Assembly: GCA_965202585.1 (NCBI GenBank)
Contig: OZ241826.1
Location: forward strand, 29,326,001-29,390,000
From: Thalia democratica
Lineage: Eukaryota
Length of the DNA: 64,000 nucleotides
Reading direction: 5' to 3'
The translations under genes were made by a program, and so were the position numbers. The notes under the pieces were generated by a model. That model saw only the letters and a list, made by a program, of their open reading frames with translations. It was not told the origin of the DNA and made no database searches. Below are positions 1 through 12,895 of the stretch, in pieces; position 1 is the first letter of the stretch, and the number at the start of each line of letters is the position of its first letter.

Positions 1-307
1 TAAGGATAGTTTTTATATGAACAGATTTAAAACGTTTTACTTTGCTAAAAAAATTATTCGTTTTTTGTAAAATTAATGCATTTTAATTAATTACACATGC
101 TATTTAATCAGTTTGTCTCAACAGATGCTTATAAATGTCAAATTTATTTTGGAAATAATTTTTATGCTGAAACAGCGATAAACGTTGAATTAGGTGCCTA
201 ACAAACAATTAGACAAAGTATGATTTAAAAATAGGGGAAACTTTATTTATATCATCTGGTTCTGAGTTACCATTGTTTTCATAATCATAGTAAAACGATA
301 ATTAAAG

Positions 308-790
308 GCGGCACCATTTCGAACACTAATTAGTGCCAGTCATGTTCAAAGCCTAGCGGCTCGTCAAAGAAATCCTGAACTACATCTCATCGATGACGTG
401 TGGAAACTGCCATCTCAAGGTTATGTTTTTAAAATCTTTAATTTTAATTTTATTTTGTTCGTTAATGTGAAGACAAAAAATTTTCGTATTGCTTATTAAA
501 AAACAATAAAATTCAAGTCTAGTTTGAAAAATGATTTTTTCTTTTAAATGCTCTTCTAGGTGTAATATATCCCAATATCTAGTCTTTGTATTCAGAACTC
601 CTTCTTTAAACCGCAAAAGCTTAAACAACCAAACTTTGACAGGGTAATTAAAATATAGGCAATAAATTCTAAAACTGAATTAAAATCAAATAATTTCGTA
701 CAGGTCTAACAAAGTCGAGAGTGGAAAAGTTCCGGACTTTAACTGCCGACCAGTCGAACTAAAGCAATGTTGCTCGATATGCATGAGCAA
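308..790 (+). pseudogene. Inverted, truncated RING-family pseudogene
   Basis: Exon 308-419 (ag|GCG...CAAG|gt) reads AAPFRTLISASHVQSLAARQRNPELHLIDDVWKLPSQG, homologous to the class I middle exon minus the acidic tract. Exon from 704 reads LTKSRVEKFRTLTADQSN* (TAA 760-762), then a frameshifted CSICMS; the rest of the RING is absent. Confidence 0.85.
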
Positions 791-2735
791 TAAACTGGTT
801 AGCTATATTAAGCTGTTAGATTACCACTTATTACGTGTAGCCTAGTGTTAACATTCTAGAATTTACAAAATTATCCGGATCTACTTAGGTTTTAAGAAAA
901 TTGTTTTTTACAAACAGCTTCTTTCAGCTTTATACAATTACATTGTTGTGTTTCTAATATTTTATATACATAAAATTAGTCAAGCAAAACAGACTTAAAA
1001 AATTTAGTTAGTTCGATCATTTGGTATAAACATATAGGTACATTTATTAATTAAAGTAAAAATAGCGGATTATTAGTTTAAAGTTTCTTGCAGATTACAA
1101 TTTGCTACTGACTTTATAATTTATCTTTTATATATATACTTAAAATATTTGCTTATTTTATTATCAAACATGTGTTTAAGTTTCAATTTATTTCAATTTC
1201 TTAAAATTCTTTACAGTTTTAATTTAACTATTTTGTTCTCATTCAGATATATTAAATAATTTAAAAACTCTACAAGTACAGCTCATTAAATATATGGTTA
1301 CTATTACATTAAGAGGCAGCGATTGTTCTACAAACTTTTTTATTATTTTGTTTGTCATCTTAGAAAATGTTTCACTTTTTATAATTTCTGATTTAGATGA
1401 AAAATATTATACTGTAGTATAAAATATTTCTGTGAAAAGTTTAAATGTTGTTAAACTTATGCTGCCTTTTAAACTTATGGTAACCTAATATTTTAAATAC
1501 TTTATTTAATATATATACTTATAAATAAAGTGTTTTCGCAACGATAGTTTTTGTATTTAACAAGAATGGCAGCCACAAACTCAATACATTAGAGGGGGTC
1601 ATTGCTTTTTTAATTTTTTTAAAAGCAGTGCTTATAAAAAAGTTTAGAAACCTTTGCTAAATTCTTTGTTATCTATTTCTATATTAAAATGTGTTATTAA
1701 CGTCTATTATTGTTATTGTTGTTCTCTTTTACTTTTCTTACAGCTTTTGTTTATCTTGTTGAACTAAAAGTAACTTAAATCAAATAACTTAAAATTACTT
1801 TTTTATTTTACAGATTAAGCATATATTTAATAAATAATAATCAATCTATCAATCACTTTTAAGCCGTTCGGACATATTAAAAACCTTTTTTATATTACAA
1901 AACGTAGTCACTAAAGCAAACTTAAAATAAAAGAAAATTAAAACGATTAAGAAAATAGCTTAACAGTTTTATTAAACATCCTTTGTTTCTGAAAAATTTC
2001 TTTTTAATCAAAACAATTGATTTTGTACACCGAAATGACAAAACTATTAATATTTTATTAGTTTTAAGCTTAAAACACAATTAAACAAACAAATAAAGTT
2101 TAAATTAATTGTGACTTAACTTTTAAATCGATGATACTTAGGTAAATAGTGATTTATTAAGTTACGAAATCGTACATACTTGAGCGAGTTTTAAATTTTA
2201 TTTAAGTTATTCCAAGCAAATTTTTTAAAAGTTTTTTTCATTTAAAATTGCAAAACAACTACATGAATATCACAATTTTAAGGCGAAGTTTAAACAAATT
2301 AAACTTAGTTCTTGTCTTTTCAGTCTTAGAATCAATATTGTAAAAAAAAAACAAACATTATTCATTGCTTTGTTTATATATAATACTTAACAACTTGTTA
2401 CTGTAAATGACTATGATACATGAACTGTTATTATTAACTAATGAATTATGCTTGTTTTAAATAGTTTTTTTTTACTTCGACATCATGACCTACTAACAAA
2501 ATTGTACAAAACATTACTGTTTAGTAACTTAGTTGATCATGACTTTTAAGATCAGTATGTAACCATTCTTAGATTGTAGTTACGTTTCGTTTCTGTTTCC
2601 ATATAATTAAATGACTCTAAATATTTGACAACTGTTAAATCTGCACTAATTTTGCAAACTTTGAAAACTTTGTAAAAAAACACAATCTTCCAATTGAGCT
2701 GGTTTATTACTACGCAAAAACATAAAACGACCGTT

Positions 2736-5700
2736 TTAGTCGCAAACAAACAGTTGCCTGCAGTTGGGGCATGTATGATGCCCTTCAAACCACTTGGTGG
2801 CGCATTCGGTGCAGAAAACGTGTTTCCCGACACAATCGAGCTCGATCAGCTGATTACCGGGTTCAAAATCACTCATGCATATCGTGCACGCATCGTTTAC
2901 ATTGGACTGGCTGGCCTTGAATTTCCTGAACTTTTCCACTCTCGACTTTGTCAGACCTGTACAGATTATTTAATTTTAGAATTTTTTGTATACGTTTAAA
3001 TTACTTTGTTAAAGGTTGGTAGTTTGCGACTTAACGGTGTAAAGAAAGAGTTTTTAGAACAAAAAATAGTTATCGACATAAATTCAGTCTAGTTTAATAT
3101 TTAAAAGGAAAATTCATATATTAAATGAGTTAGAAGTCTTTTTGGTTTTAAATAAACAATACAAAAATAATGAAAATTACTTTAATGATTTTTACATTAA
3201 CTAAAAAAAGTTTCTTTCTAACAAAACCTTGAGATGGTAGTTCCCAGACGTCATCGTTGACATCAAACATCAACTCTTCATCAGCGACGTCATTAAACAA
3301 GTAATCACCAAAGTCATCACCGACGTCATTAAAGAAGTCATCACTGACGTCATGACCTACGTCTTCAAAGAAGTCGTCACCGACGTTTTCACCGACGTCT
3401 TCAAAGAAGTCATCTTCGATGTCATCAAAGAAGTCGTCACCGACGTCTTCACCGACGTCTTCAAAGAAGTGATTACCGAAGTCAACACCGAAGTCATAAA
3501 AGAAGTTATTACCAACGTCATCAAAGAAGTCATCAGCGACGTATTCACTGACATCATTACCAACGTCATTACTAGCACCATTATGATAATGGTTAATGTT
3601 AACAGTATGTTGTAAGTTAGGGACTTGGCTACTACTGACTTCATCGTAAGTGTTGATATTCACATCAAGTTGCCCATCCGGGCTACTTTGATGAACCACT
3701 TGGCTTTGAACGTAACCTGTATTCATTTGAGTTTAAAGTGGTGATGCCTGTGTGAAAACGTTTCAAAAACAAAGAAAAAAATACTTAAATTATCGTTATA
3801 TGATGAATATAAAAATATATAGTTTATTCACAACCGAATGACTTGAACTATATTAACCCAGTTTTTTGAGCCTTACTTCGTTTGTTTACTTTTCAGGCAC
3901 TAAATAAAACGTTTATCTCTATTTAAGCAAAAAAAATCTTTAAAAATAAGTTAATATCGTTTATTAGCATTTATTGGGACTAACTAATTGAATTATGAGT
4001 ATAGCTGATTAAAGTGCATTTATTTTACTGTAGTTTTAAACATTTTAACCTAAAAAACAGTAAAGGTTCAATTAACAAATAATAAAAAAACTTTTTTAGT
4101 AAAGTAAAACGTTCTAACGTGTTCAAAACACCCTTAATTTATTGTTTACACATTTTCATTTAAAAACAATGAAATAGCCTTTTATTGGCAAACACGCCAG
4201 GACTACCGATGTGGTCTTCGATTGTAACCTTTTACTTAATAACATTCTTAAACTAAAAGTATAATATTTGGAGCGTGTAGTCCATTGTAGTTTGCAAATG
4301 ATGTTTGTAAACCCAACTGTAAGAAAAATGAAAATGCATGATAACATTTATCATTGTATTAAAAATAAAAACTAAAGGTTTGTTTAATGTTAATACATAA
4401 TCAAGTTGTTAAAATTTTGATAATGAATAATGAAAACAAATAATAAAATTAATTGGCATTATAATTATTTTCCTATGTAAATTACAGCTTATATTCTATG
4501 TTAAAGATTTTTTTACTAAAACCACAGTTAACTTGTTAAATAAGTTCTTTAAATAGTTCTGAAACGCTAGACTTTGCTAGATTTTGTCTTAGCTTGCCAA
4601 AGGTCTAATTGTATCTAAACTTGAAATTTTGACTTCAATCAGGCTCAAATTATACTGATTTAAAAAATTTGTAATAGCCAATTCTGGTTTATTTTGAATT
4701 TTTAATAGAAATTTGAATCCAACCAATCATACCTATAAACTATCCTAACCGTTAATTTGTTTTAAGTCCAACTAGAACGAGCTACGACCATTTTTCAATA
4801 AAAAAATCAAATCCTGACCTGAACCAGTTTTAAAATAATATCTAGTTGGATCTTGTTTTTTGCAAGGGTCAGATCTTGTGTTAGAACATTAATTAAAACT
4901 ATTTTAGTTTGGTAAACTTGCTAAATTAAATGTAACTAGTAAAAATATTAAAAAATGTAGAAGTTATGTCTTTATTATAAACATTTTAAAGTGTTTTATG
5001 GAATTTTAAAATTTTTAGTAAAAGCTATGGATATTTAATGGTAACAAAATAACAGTATATCTTCAATTTTAGTCAGTTTTTTACTTTCAACGTTGGGATT
5101 AAACTCTTAAGTTCTTAAAGTTTAAATAAACTTTCATAATAATTAGTATGGTTTTTAGAAATTTAGGTAAAATAAGTCTTTTTTAAGATTTAATAAACTG
5201 CATTTCATATTAAGATGTTTAAGAACTGTTTTTGAAACAACTTGTAAACAGGGTTGCCAAATGTTTTCGGTAAATTTTTTCCTGGTTTTTAAAGTTTCCT
5301 CAAGGTTAAAAGTACACATTTTTGAATATATTAAAGTCTATATTTATGTATTAGGTAAAAAACTGTGATGAACAGTATATAAACATTAAAACAAGATACT
5401 CTAAAGCTACTTTAAATGTGTTTTTTTAATTAAAACATTTTGATAATGACACATTTATTGTCTTCTTGATAGATTTTTTGAGTCAAATCAAAGTTTTAAT
5501 ACTAAAAATGTTAAAATTATTAAAAACTCGAAAATTTTCAAGTCTTTTTTAGTTATTTTTGTTTAGAACTCTAGGTTTTTCAGTTTTTTTTTCAATTTTT
5601 TTAAACTCTAGGCTTTTTACAGGTTTTTTAGCCTAAATTGTCAAATATTTGACTTTTCTAGGTGTTTCCAGGTTTCAAGGTTTGTTAGCAAGCTGGTAAA

Positions 5701-5985
5701 AGATTTAAAGTCTTTATCTGAAATTACAAAAATATAAGATTAAATCTCAGCAAATTTGTAAAACTTTAAGAAAATTTACTAAAGAAATTGTGGGTTATAC
5801 AAAAGTTTTTACAAACTGAGTCTTTGTCAGAAATAATACATTTATATAAATTAGTGTTGAAATTGGCACGAATTTGAACAAAAAAAAAACAACAAAATGT
5901 TAGAGAAATATACGAAAGAAAAGAAGCTGAACGTTACCTGAACATTACTAGACAGAGAAAAATTATCAGAATTTATTTCATCCAT
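2736..5985 (-). pseudogene. Class I acidic-repeat RING gene, copy A, with a nonsense codon at codon 21 (possibly re-initiating at ATG 3726 to give 239 aa)
   Basis: Exons 5985-5938 (MDEINSDNFSLSSNVQ, phase 0), 3747-3228 (phase 1) and 2956-2736, all with GT-AG. In-frame TAA at 3735-3733 where copy B has CAA. RING intact: CTICMSDFEPGNQLIELDCVGKHVFCTECATKWFEGHHTCPNCR. Confidence 0.8.
5249..5695. mobile_element. MITE-like element with imperfect CAGGGTTGCCAA termini (paralogues 30109-30556 and 43713-44044)
   Basis: Starts CAGGGTTGCCAA and ends TTAGCAAGCTG; the 43.7-kb paralogue ends TTGGCAGCCTG. Internal ttccagg/tttcagg subterminal motifs. No convincing TSD. Confidence 0.45.
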
Positions 5986-7350
5986 TTTATCTAATAAATC
6001 TGTAAAATAACTTAACAACTTATTTCTCAAGCTACATAATAATTGTAAACTATTAAACTTTTAAAATTGTAGTAAAAGAAAAATCTACTTAAAATTGCAA
6101 AGATGATTTGTGTTTTTTTTTGAATGTTTAGCAGGGATGAATGTAAGCTTTTTTGGGAGGACTAGCACAGAATTTACTTGAATTGTTAAACTACATTTGG
6201 TACAGTTTAAAAAACATGTTATAAAACTAAATTAGTACATGCTAAACTAAATAATTTTTTGCTGTATTTATTTATAGTAATATAAATGTGACTCACTATT
6301 GAAAAAATATATATATTCTCACAAACTAGCATAATATTAAGTAAACCTCTTTGAAATACCAAATTTTTGAGTAACTTTTGTTCAGTTCACATATAATTAA
6401 TCACATAGTTATATCTATAACATTTTATATACATTTCTGAACTATCATTCGTTTTTAATTGTGTTTGTTTTAGAATTGTTCAGTTAATAAATAAATCTGA
6501 GCTTAAAGTTTTAATTTTAGCTAAGCAAATATAATTCTATCTAAGAAAAATGTGATGGTTTTATCCCTGATAATTCTAAAGTATCTTTCAAAAACTATGC
6601 ATCATTACATAGCATTCAATTATAGCAGGGAGTAGGGACGTAGCTAGCTCAATAAAGTTACGAATCTTCAAAAATTGAAACATCTGAAATAACTCGTGAT
6701 AACGTCCTAGCGGGAACACAGTAATATAAACTATCTCTAATATTATTGAATTTAATCTGAGAAAATGTAGTTATGTTAATACATCAAAAATGGAATGTTG
6801 AGGTACGAGTGATAACTCTATACAAGGCAATTTAAATTGCTCCACACCCCCTTTGACTCTTTATGTCTTGCCACTTGTGTAAACCAAAAAACATTCATCA
6901 AATGGTAGGAATTTTAATAGGTAGTTTTAAATATTGGGTATTTTCAATTGCAGCAAATTTGCGAAAAAAAAGTACCAAACATTTTGATGACTTCATTAAC
7001 TTTACTTTGGGTAGTTTTGAAGCTTAAACTTGTAAAAAAACAAAGTTGCTGTCCAAGTCTATTACAAATTCACTTTTTTAATTTTCTAAAATATGAAAAT
7101 AATCATATCTAAAGTAAAACAATAGAATAATACTAAACATTTCCCTATGTTAACAAAATTATAGAAATATTTTTTATTAACATAAAGTTACAATCTTAAA
7201 TTCAAACATAAATTAAAAAAAAAACATTTTTTAAAGTTTTTCTTTTATAGTTTATTAATGAATTTAAATTCATAAAAAATTTTGAACTAATTATACATGA
7301 GTTATGTACTTCAATAAAAGCTACCTTTTTATAGTTTAAAATAAAGTTAA

Positions 7351-7531
7351 CAGGGTGGCCATCAAACCTAAATGCTTATGGGAATCTTTGAATGTTGTAT
7401 AAAATCTTAGAATGACTTGAAATTCTGATCACTTATTTTGTCTAGAAAAGTAAATAAGACTTAAATTTAAAAAAATTTATTAAATTTAGAAAATTGAAAG
7501 AAGTTTCAAAAAAACTTCAGGGGCCACCTTG
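7351..7531. mobile_element. About 180-bp MITE-like element (paralogue 32207-32388)
   Basis: Termini CAGGGTGGCC ... GGCCACCTTG form a 10-bp inverted repeat with one mismatch. Confidence 0.5.
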
Positions 7532-7735
7532 GGTACAGGGAGAGTGTAGATCACTTTTATTACAAATTGATGTCACTTTATGAAGTTTAATCTAAACTAC
7601 ATGTATCTTTATACAGATTTTTATACCAAAACAAATTTTTGATATAAACATTAAAATAGGAGAGTACAGTAGGTTTTAATTGTTATCTTTTACTATTTTT
7701 TAAACATTGAAAGGAATACTTCCTTAAAATTTGAG

Positions 7736-9270
7736 CAGGGTTTCCGAAACACCTGGAATCCAGGAACTTGACAGTTTAAACACATACTGGAAAAACCTTG
7801 AAATTTTGAAATTAAAAAATTTGAATATATATAGTGTTTAATAAAAAAAATCATCAAAAAATCTGTAATTTTTAAACTACTTCTACATGTAAAATAATGA
7901 GTTTTTTATAAAGTATGATAACTTAAAGTCATTAATAATCTATAAAAGAAAAAATTTCAAAGTCAATAGCTTAATTTGTGGTTTAATTAATTTAAAATTG
8001 TAACTCACACATAAAATATCAAGGTTGAAAATTATATTTCCTTAATTTTGTTAACATAGTGAAATGTTTAGTATTGTTTTATTTCAGATATAATTATTTT
8101 TATATTTGAAAAATAAACAAAGTGAATTTATCATAGGCCTAGATAGCAAATTTATTTTTTTTACAAAGTTTAACCTTAATAACTTTAATAACTACCCAAA
8201 GTAAAGTTAATGACATCATCAAAATATTAGGTTTTTTTTTTGCAAAATTGAGGCAATTAAAAGTACCCAATAATTAAAACTACCCATAAAAAGTTTAAAA
8301 GTCCTACTTTTCATTAGAAATAAGTATAAAAAATCAGCATTTAACTCAAAAACACTTATACTGTTTTCAAAATCAAACATTTAGCGTAGTCAATAGTAAC
8401 AACAAAATATGCAAATTTTTGTAACATAAAATTGTATGATTTTGATTTTTGAAGCTACAGCTTCCTTTAGAATCAATTTTGCATTCCATTTTTTCACAAA
8501 ATAAAGCTTCAACGCCCTAAATGTTACAATCTGGATGTATTTAATTAATTCAATTTTTTTACGACACTAAAAATGCTAAAGAGTACATATATTTCAAAAT
8601 TATCTCTCAGGAGTGCAAAATTAAGCATAAATGAATACTAAAAGCTAAGACAGCAGAGTCTTTTCAAGCTGTAATAAAAGCAAGTATTTTCGCACATAAG
8701 TATACGTTTCTGTAGATTTGCAGACACCTACCAAGATACGTCCATGAATTATAGTAAAAAGCTAAAATTAAAATAAATGTTAAGTTGTTCCTATTAAAAA
8801 CAGTCACATTTAAATAGTTTAATAACCATGATTAGCTACTAGTTGGATTTCCTATTTTAAGCAACATTTTTTCAAAACCAATTTATCTTTAGTCAACAAC
8901 AACAAAAATCTATAAATCTATATATTTAGTGATCTATTGTATCCGGATCAGAATAATTTTTTAAATTTAAGATCCTGCCGAATCCGTATCCTAAATTTTC
9001 TATCTTAAATGTTATATATTATGAAACTTAATTACTATTATACCATTAATAAATAAAAACTTTTTAATACAAACATTTGTTAAACAGACACAATGTTTTT
9101 GTCTAAATATTATATTTGAATACTAGAAAAAAAAAGAATGTATTCAAAAACCTACCCATACACAATCTCAGACTAATTTCTAGGTCTTTTTATTTAATAT
9201 AAAATACCTAAAATGGCAGGTTTTAAATTTAATTTTTTGAATTCCAGGTTTCCAGGTTATTTGACTCCTG
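7736..9270. mobile_element. Possible old non-autonomous DNA transposon, about 1.5 kb (paralogue 32594-34119)
   Basis: Left end CAGGGTTTCCGAAACACCTGGAATCCAGG resembles the reverse complement of the right end TTCCAGGTTTCCAGGTTATTTGACTCCTG. Imperfect, no TSD identified. Confidence 0.35.
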
Positions 9271-11853
9271 TATAAATAGAATAATATGTGTAGCATACAT
9301 TTCAAGTATGGTTACCTCTTTAAGTTTCTAAACTGTCTTAAAAGATTGAAAACAATACTTTGTAACCTAAACTAGCCTAAGTTATCCTGATGTGTTAATA
9401 CCCTGAGAAATATTCCTCTTTCTACTTACTTATAACCTTTTTTCTTTCGAAAAATTGTGTTAAATTTGATGCTTATTAAACATATGTTAAGATAAATTGT
9501 TAAAGTCTAAGAAAGATAGCCATAACGATAATAAAAAATAAATTAACTTTAATAAACAATTATTTTAATAACGTTAGTTAGATAAAACCAAATAAAAAAT
9601 AACAAAGTATTAGTTTTAGTTAGTTTTATTCTCATTTAATATCTAAAAAGCAGTTGAAAAAATTTAAAAAAATTAAAACTACCTTGAGTTTTTCACAAAA
9701 AAACTTAGTTAGCATTAGTTTTTAGAAAGTGTATAGTGTAGGCATTAGTTTCTTGAGCTGTCTAAAATATTTAACAAGCTAAAAAACATAAAGAGTTATC
9801 TTGAGTGTTCTTATCATACTGAGTTTGTGGCTGCTATTCTTGTTTAATATAAACGTTATCCTCAAGAAAACACACAGCATGTATGTATATAGAACAAAGT
9901 GTTAAAAATATTAGGCTACTGTAACTTTATAAAGGTATCAGTTGTTCATTATAGTTTGAAACTTTTAACAGAAAATTCTATACCACTATATACTATTTTT
10001 TATCCAAACGAGGGCTAAAAAGAACTTACTTTGTAAAGTTTAAAGTTTTTAAATAGAATATTGTCGAATAATTGCCGCCTCTTAAAGTTGTAGTAATCAA
10101 ACATTAAACGAGATGAATTTGCAAAGTTTTTAGAGCATTAAATATTTATAAATAAGAATAAAATTTGTAAAATAAAACTATGAAGAATTTTAACAAGCTG
10201 AAATACATTGAGTTTTAGTACTTTTCTTATATTAAAAAATAAAATATTTTTTAATTTAAAAATAGAACTAAACTATAAAAACAGTAGAAGAATCTAATCT
10301 GCAAGAAAACTTAAATTAAAAATTCACTATTTTTACTCTTAAGGATGTAAGTACCTGTATATTAACAACAAGTAATTGAACGAACTTAACTTTAATTAGT
10401 CTTTTCGCTTGGCTAATTTTATAAGTATATTATTATTAATTATTAGGTATTTAAAAAACATGAAACTAATAATATATAATTAAAAGAAGCTGTTCGCAGA
10501 AAACAATTTTTTGTAAACTAACTGGATCCGGTGCCAGCTAAGTCTCAGCTAGGATCCGGATCTTTTTTTTTTGAAATTAAGATTATTTAGATCATTAATA
10601 TTAGATACGTTGCCCCCTTATATGAAAACCACTTATCTTTGTGAAAAATAAGAATCAAATAGCATGCAGCAATCTACATCAATACAACATGATTTTAAAA
10701 TGCTATGATAAAATATTTATATAAAAGATTACTGCACATAGAACTTATTTAGATCACATTTTCTGCAGAATTATAAGTTTAGTTCATAATAGTAGTCAAG
10801 AACTTAATATATTTTTACACAAAATATAACTTTTATTTAAATTATTGCAGCATTTTAATTCAGTTAGTTATACTCAAAATTTAATTGAAAAACTGAAACA
10901 GGGCTTATTTTCAAAGTTGAGTCTTGCTATAAAAAACTGTTTTGGAAACAAAACTGATTTTTAAAGCTGGTTACAGTTTTTTTTTTCAGTTTTATTTATT
11001 TTTTTTTGTGTAACTTTATGTTAATATTCTAGGAATCGGTTGGTAAATTTAGCATTCGAAATTAAAAAATATATGAAAATAAGTATAGTTTTTTATTCAA
11101 TATCTTTTTCAGTAAAATAATCTAAACCTGCTTTCTCTCTAAGGGGTAGCACATGCCTAGGAAATAAGCCAATAGCTGCGTATAACTACATATTATACAT
11201 TACAGTATATAGTTAGATTGTTCTGGGTTAAAAAAATTCTTAAACTTCTTCAGTAATAAGAAATAACTGAGTCAAATACTATATTAGATTTAGCTGCATT
11301 TATTTGTAGTAATATAAACATGACTAACTAAAAATAATAATAGTTATAGTCAAAAAGTTTTATTGTTTTAAGTACACCTTTTTAATAATAACAGTAATAA
11401 CAGTTTTGATAACAGAGATTTTTTAGTATCAAGAAATTTTTCTGGTAATTCAGTATTAATATTTCAAGTTGTATAATAACTGTACTGAAAATTTACTTTT
11501 GAGTGTCTTTGTATTTAAACATCTTTTATCAAATATATTTTGGCTCTTTGTTTTCATTTTAGTTTAAAAAACTTCAAATCCATCTATTACAAAACTTAAT
11601 TATTTTATCTACGTCGCTTTTAAGTATCTTTTAATGTACTGCATTATTTTTTTAGTTATAGGAAAAATTGAAAGAAAATATTTTAACTGTTACTATATTC
11701 TAAATATATGATAGTTAAATATCATAACCGAAAGGTTTTTTTTTGTGCACCAGGTCCTAGGATATTTAACGTAGTTGTAAGTAAAAGAACTTATCGGAAA
11801 AATATTGGTTAGAAAGACAGCGATAACAGTTTTGTTTCAGTAACTTAAAAAAA

Positions 11854-12895
11854 ATAACAAACTATACAAGGCTGTCAACTTTTCTGATAGCACTAACGCA
11901 AATTCAACATTAAAACTCGTATTCGAAAAGAGCTCCCGCAAGGCTTGCAAGAACATGGTTCCAAGGCACAGCTCTTTTAACTTTCAAAAATCCCCTTCAC
12001 CCTACGTAATAACAATCAGTAAACATTCTTACGTGGCTCGTGTTCCAGTTTCAAGTAAGCATTTATTTAAGTCAATAAACTACATACTTACAAAAAACTG
12101 ATAAAAATGTTAAGCATATCAAATTTTTTAGTAAAACTAAAAAAGTTTTAGTTTTTGTATATTTAAAAGTCCTACAAAAATAAACTTGATTAAGTATTAA
12201 AAAACCCCTAACTTTAACAGCTCATTTTTAGCTTAAGTCAAACAAACTTAAATTTTTCCAGTCACATTATCGGACCGCAGAGGGGTGGGCTTCAAAGGTT
12301 TGTTCATCCAAGCGAGACGACCATTTAGTTCGGATCCGGTAGGAACTTGGCAGCAGTTTCCCGCCAATTTTATATCAATCAAGTGCAGCAATGCGAACGA
12401 CGCGGTTACTCATTCAAATCCGGATGTAAAGAAGTCCGTCACACTCGAGTCGTTGCCGCTGTTTGACTACGGATAAGTACATTTTAAGTTCGAGCTTTTT
12501 TGTATTTACTTACTCACTTAAATTTTGTTAATATAGTGAGTTTTAAAAGTTAAATTGTAATTGTAGTTAATGTTTTTTTTTTGCAGACTGCAAAAATCTA
12601 ATTAAAATAAACTTGTAAGTAATGTTAACAAACAATCAGAACCTAAACGTTTTAGTTTTAACCAAAAAATTTTTAAACAAATAATCATAGTTAAATTAGT
12701 AAGCATCCGTTAAATATTACAATAGAAAAATTTAAACTAATTTCTACAGGCTTGTCATTGTGAAAAATATAATAATTTTTGGTCAAGCAATTCGATTCCA
12801 ATAAGTCACAAAAAATACTAAAAAAAACTACAAAGTCACCATCGAAATTAATAACTACTAGACTAGCAACGATTCCAAAAAAACCGAACAAGTGA
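11854..12895 (+). pseudogene. Reeler-domain secreted protein pseudogene (defence-protein / ferric-chelate-reductase-type Reeler), three exons
   Basis: Exons about 11854-12054, 12262-12487 and 12750-about 12895 with GT-AG introns of matching phase. Reads ..LSTFLIALTQIQH*NSYSKRAPA-ACKNMVPRH..SPSPYVITIS..ITLSDRRGVGFKGLFIQARRPFSSDPVGTW..C..DAVTHSNPDVKKSVTL..DYG*VHFKLVIVK-YNNFW, matching Reeler hallmarks (Y.SGAP..AC..M.P.H, FKG..IQAR, AVTHS, V.F.ATVV..Y..FW). Lesions: ATA at the likely start, TAA 11911, 1-nt deletion about 11942, TAA 12474, 1-nt deletion about 12765. Confidence 0.88.

Larger units (their letters stand above)
1..11762 (+). repeat. Segmental duplication block X, copy 1 (paralogous to 25309-36615); probably extends left of the window
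   Basis: Position 1 (taaggatagtttt.tatgaacagatttaaaacg) recurs at 25309. Collinear high identity continues to ...gtcctagga at about 11762/36615, where the copies diverge. About 410 bp (about 3810-4225) are missing from copy 2. Confidence 0.95.

Noticed and set aside
380-628. Short AT-rich ORFs (also 19536-19733, 21928-22134, 33479-33664, 60845-61063)
   Set aside because: F/I/K/L-rich products expected by chance in AT-rich DNA, with no motif or splice support.
2552-2999. ORFs overlapping RING exons in other frames or strands (also 20546-20746, 27998-28303, 38499-38825, 48923-49120)
   Set aside because: Antisense or alternate-frame shadows of the GC-rich RING exon; their conservation follows from the RING.
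3148-3227. Hydrophobic C-terminal tail (FVRKKLFLVNVKIIKVIFIIFVLFI) suggesting a membrane anchor
   Set aside because: Read-through into the intron after the conserved CAAG|gtttt donor.
3352-3644. V/T/D-rich, M/T/S-rich and His-rich ORFs over the acidic exons (also 20967-21375, 28534-28889, 39034-39485, 49338-49611)
   Set aside because: Alternate frames of the GAT/GAC-rich repeat. Only the acidic frame splices in phase to the RING.
8380-8760. Slightly GC-richer stretch with semi-open frames inside the 7.7-9.3-kb element
   Set aside because: No recognisable transposase or other motif in any frame I translated.
12691-12891. 66-aa hydrophobic minus-strand ORF
   Set aside because: Antisense to the K/T-rich third exon of the Reeler pseudogene.
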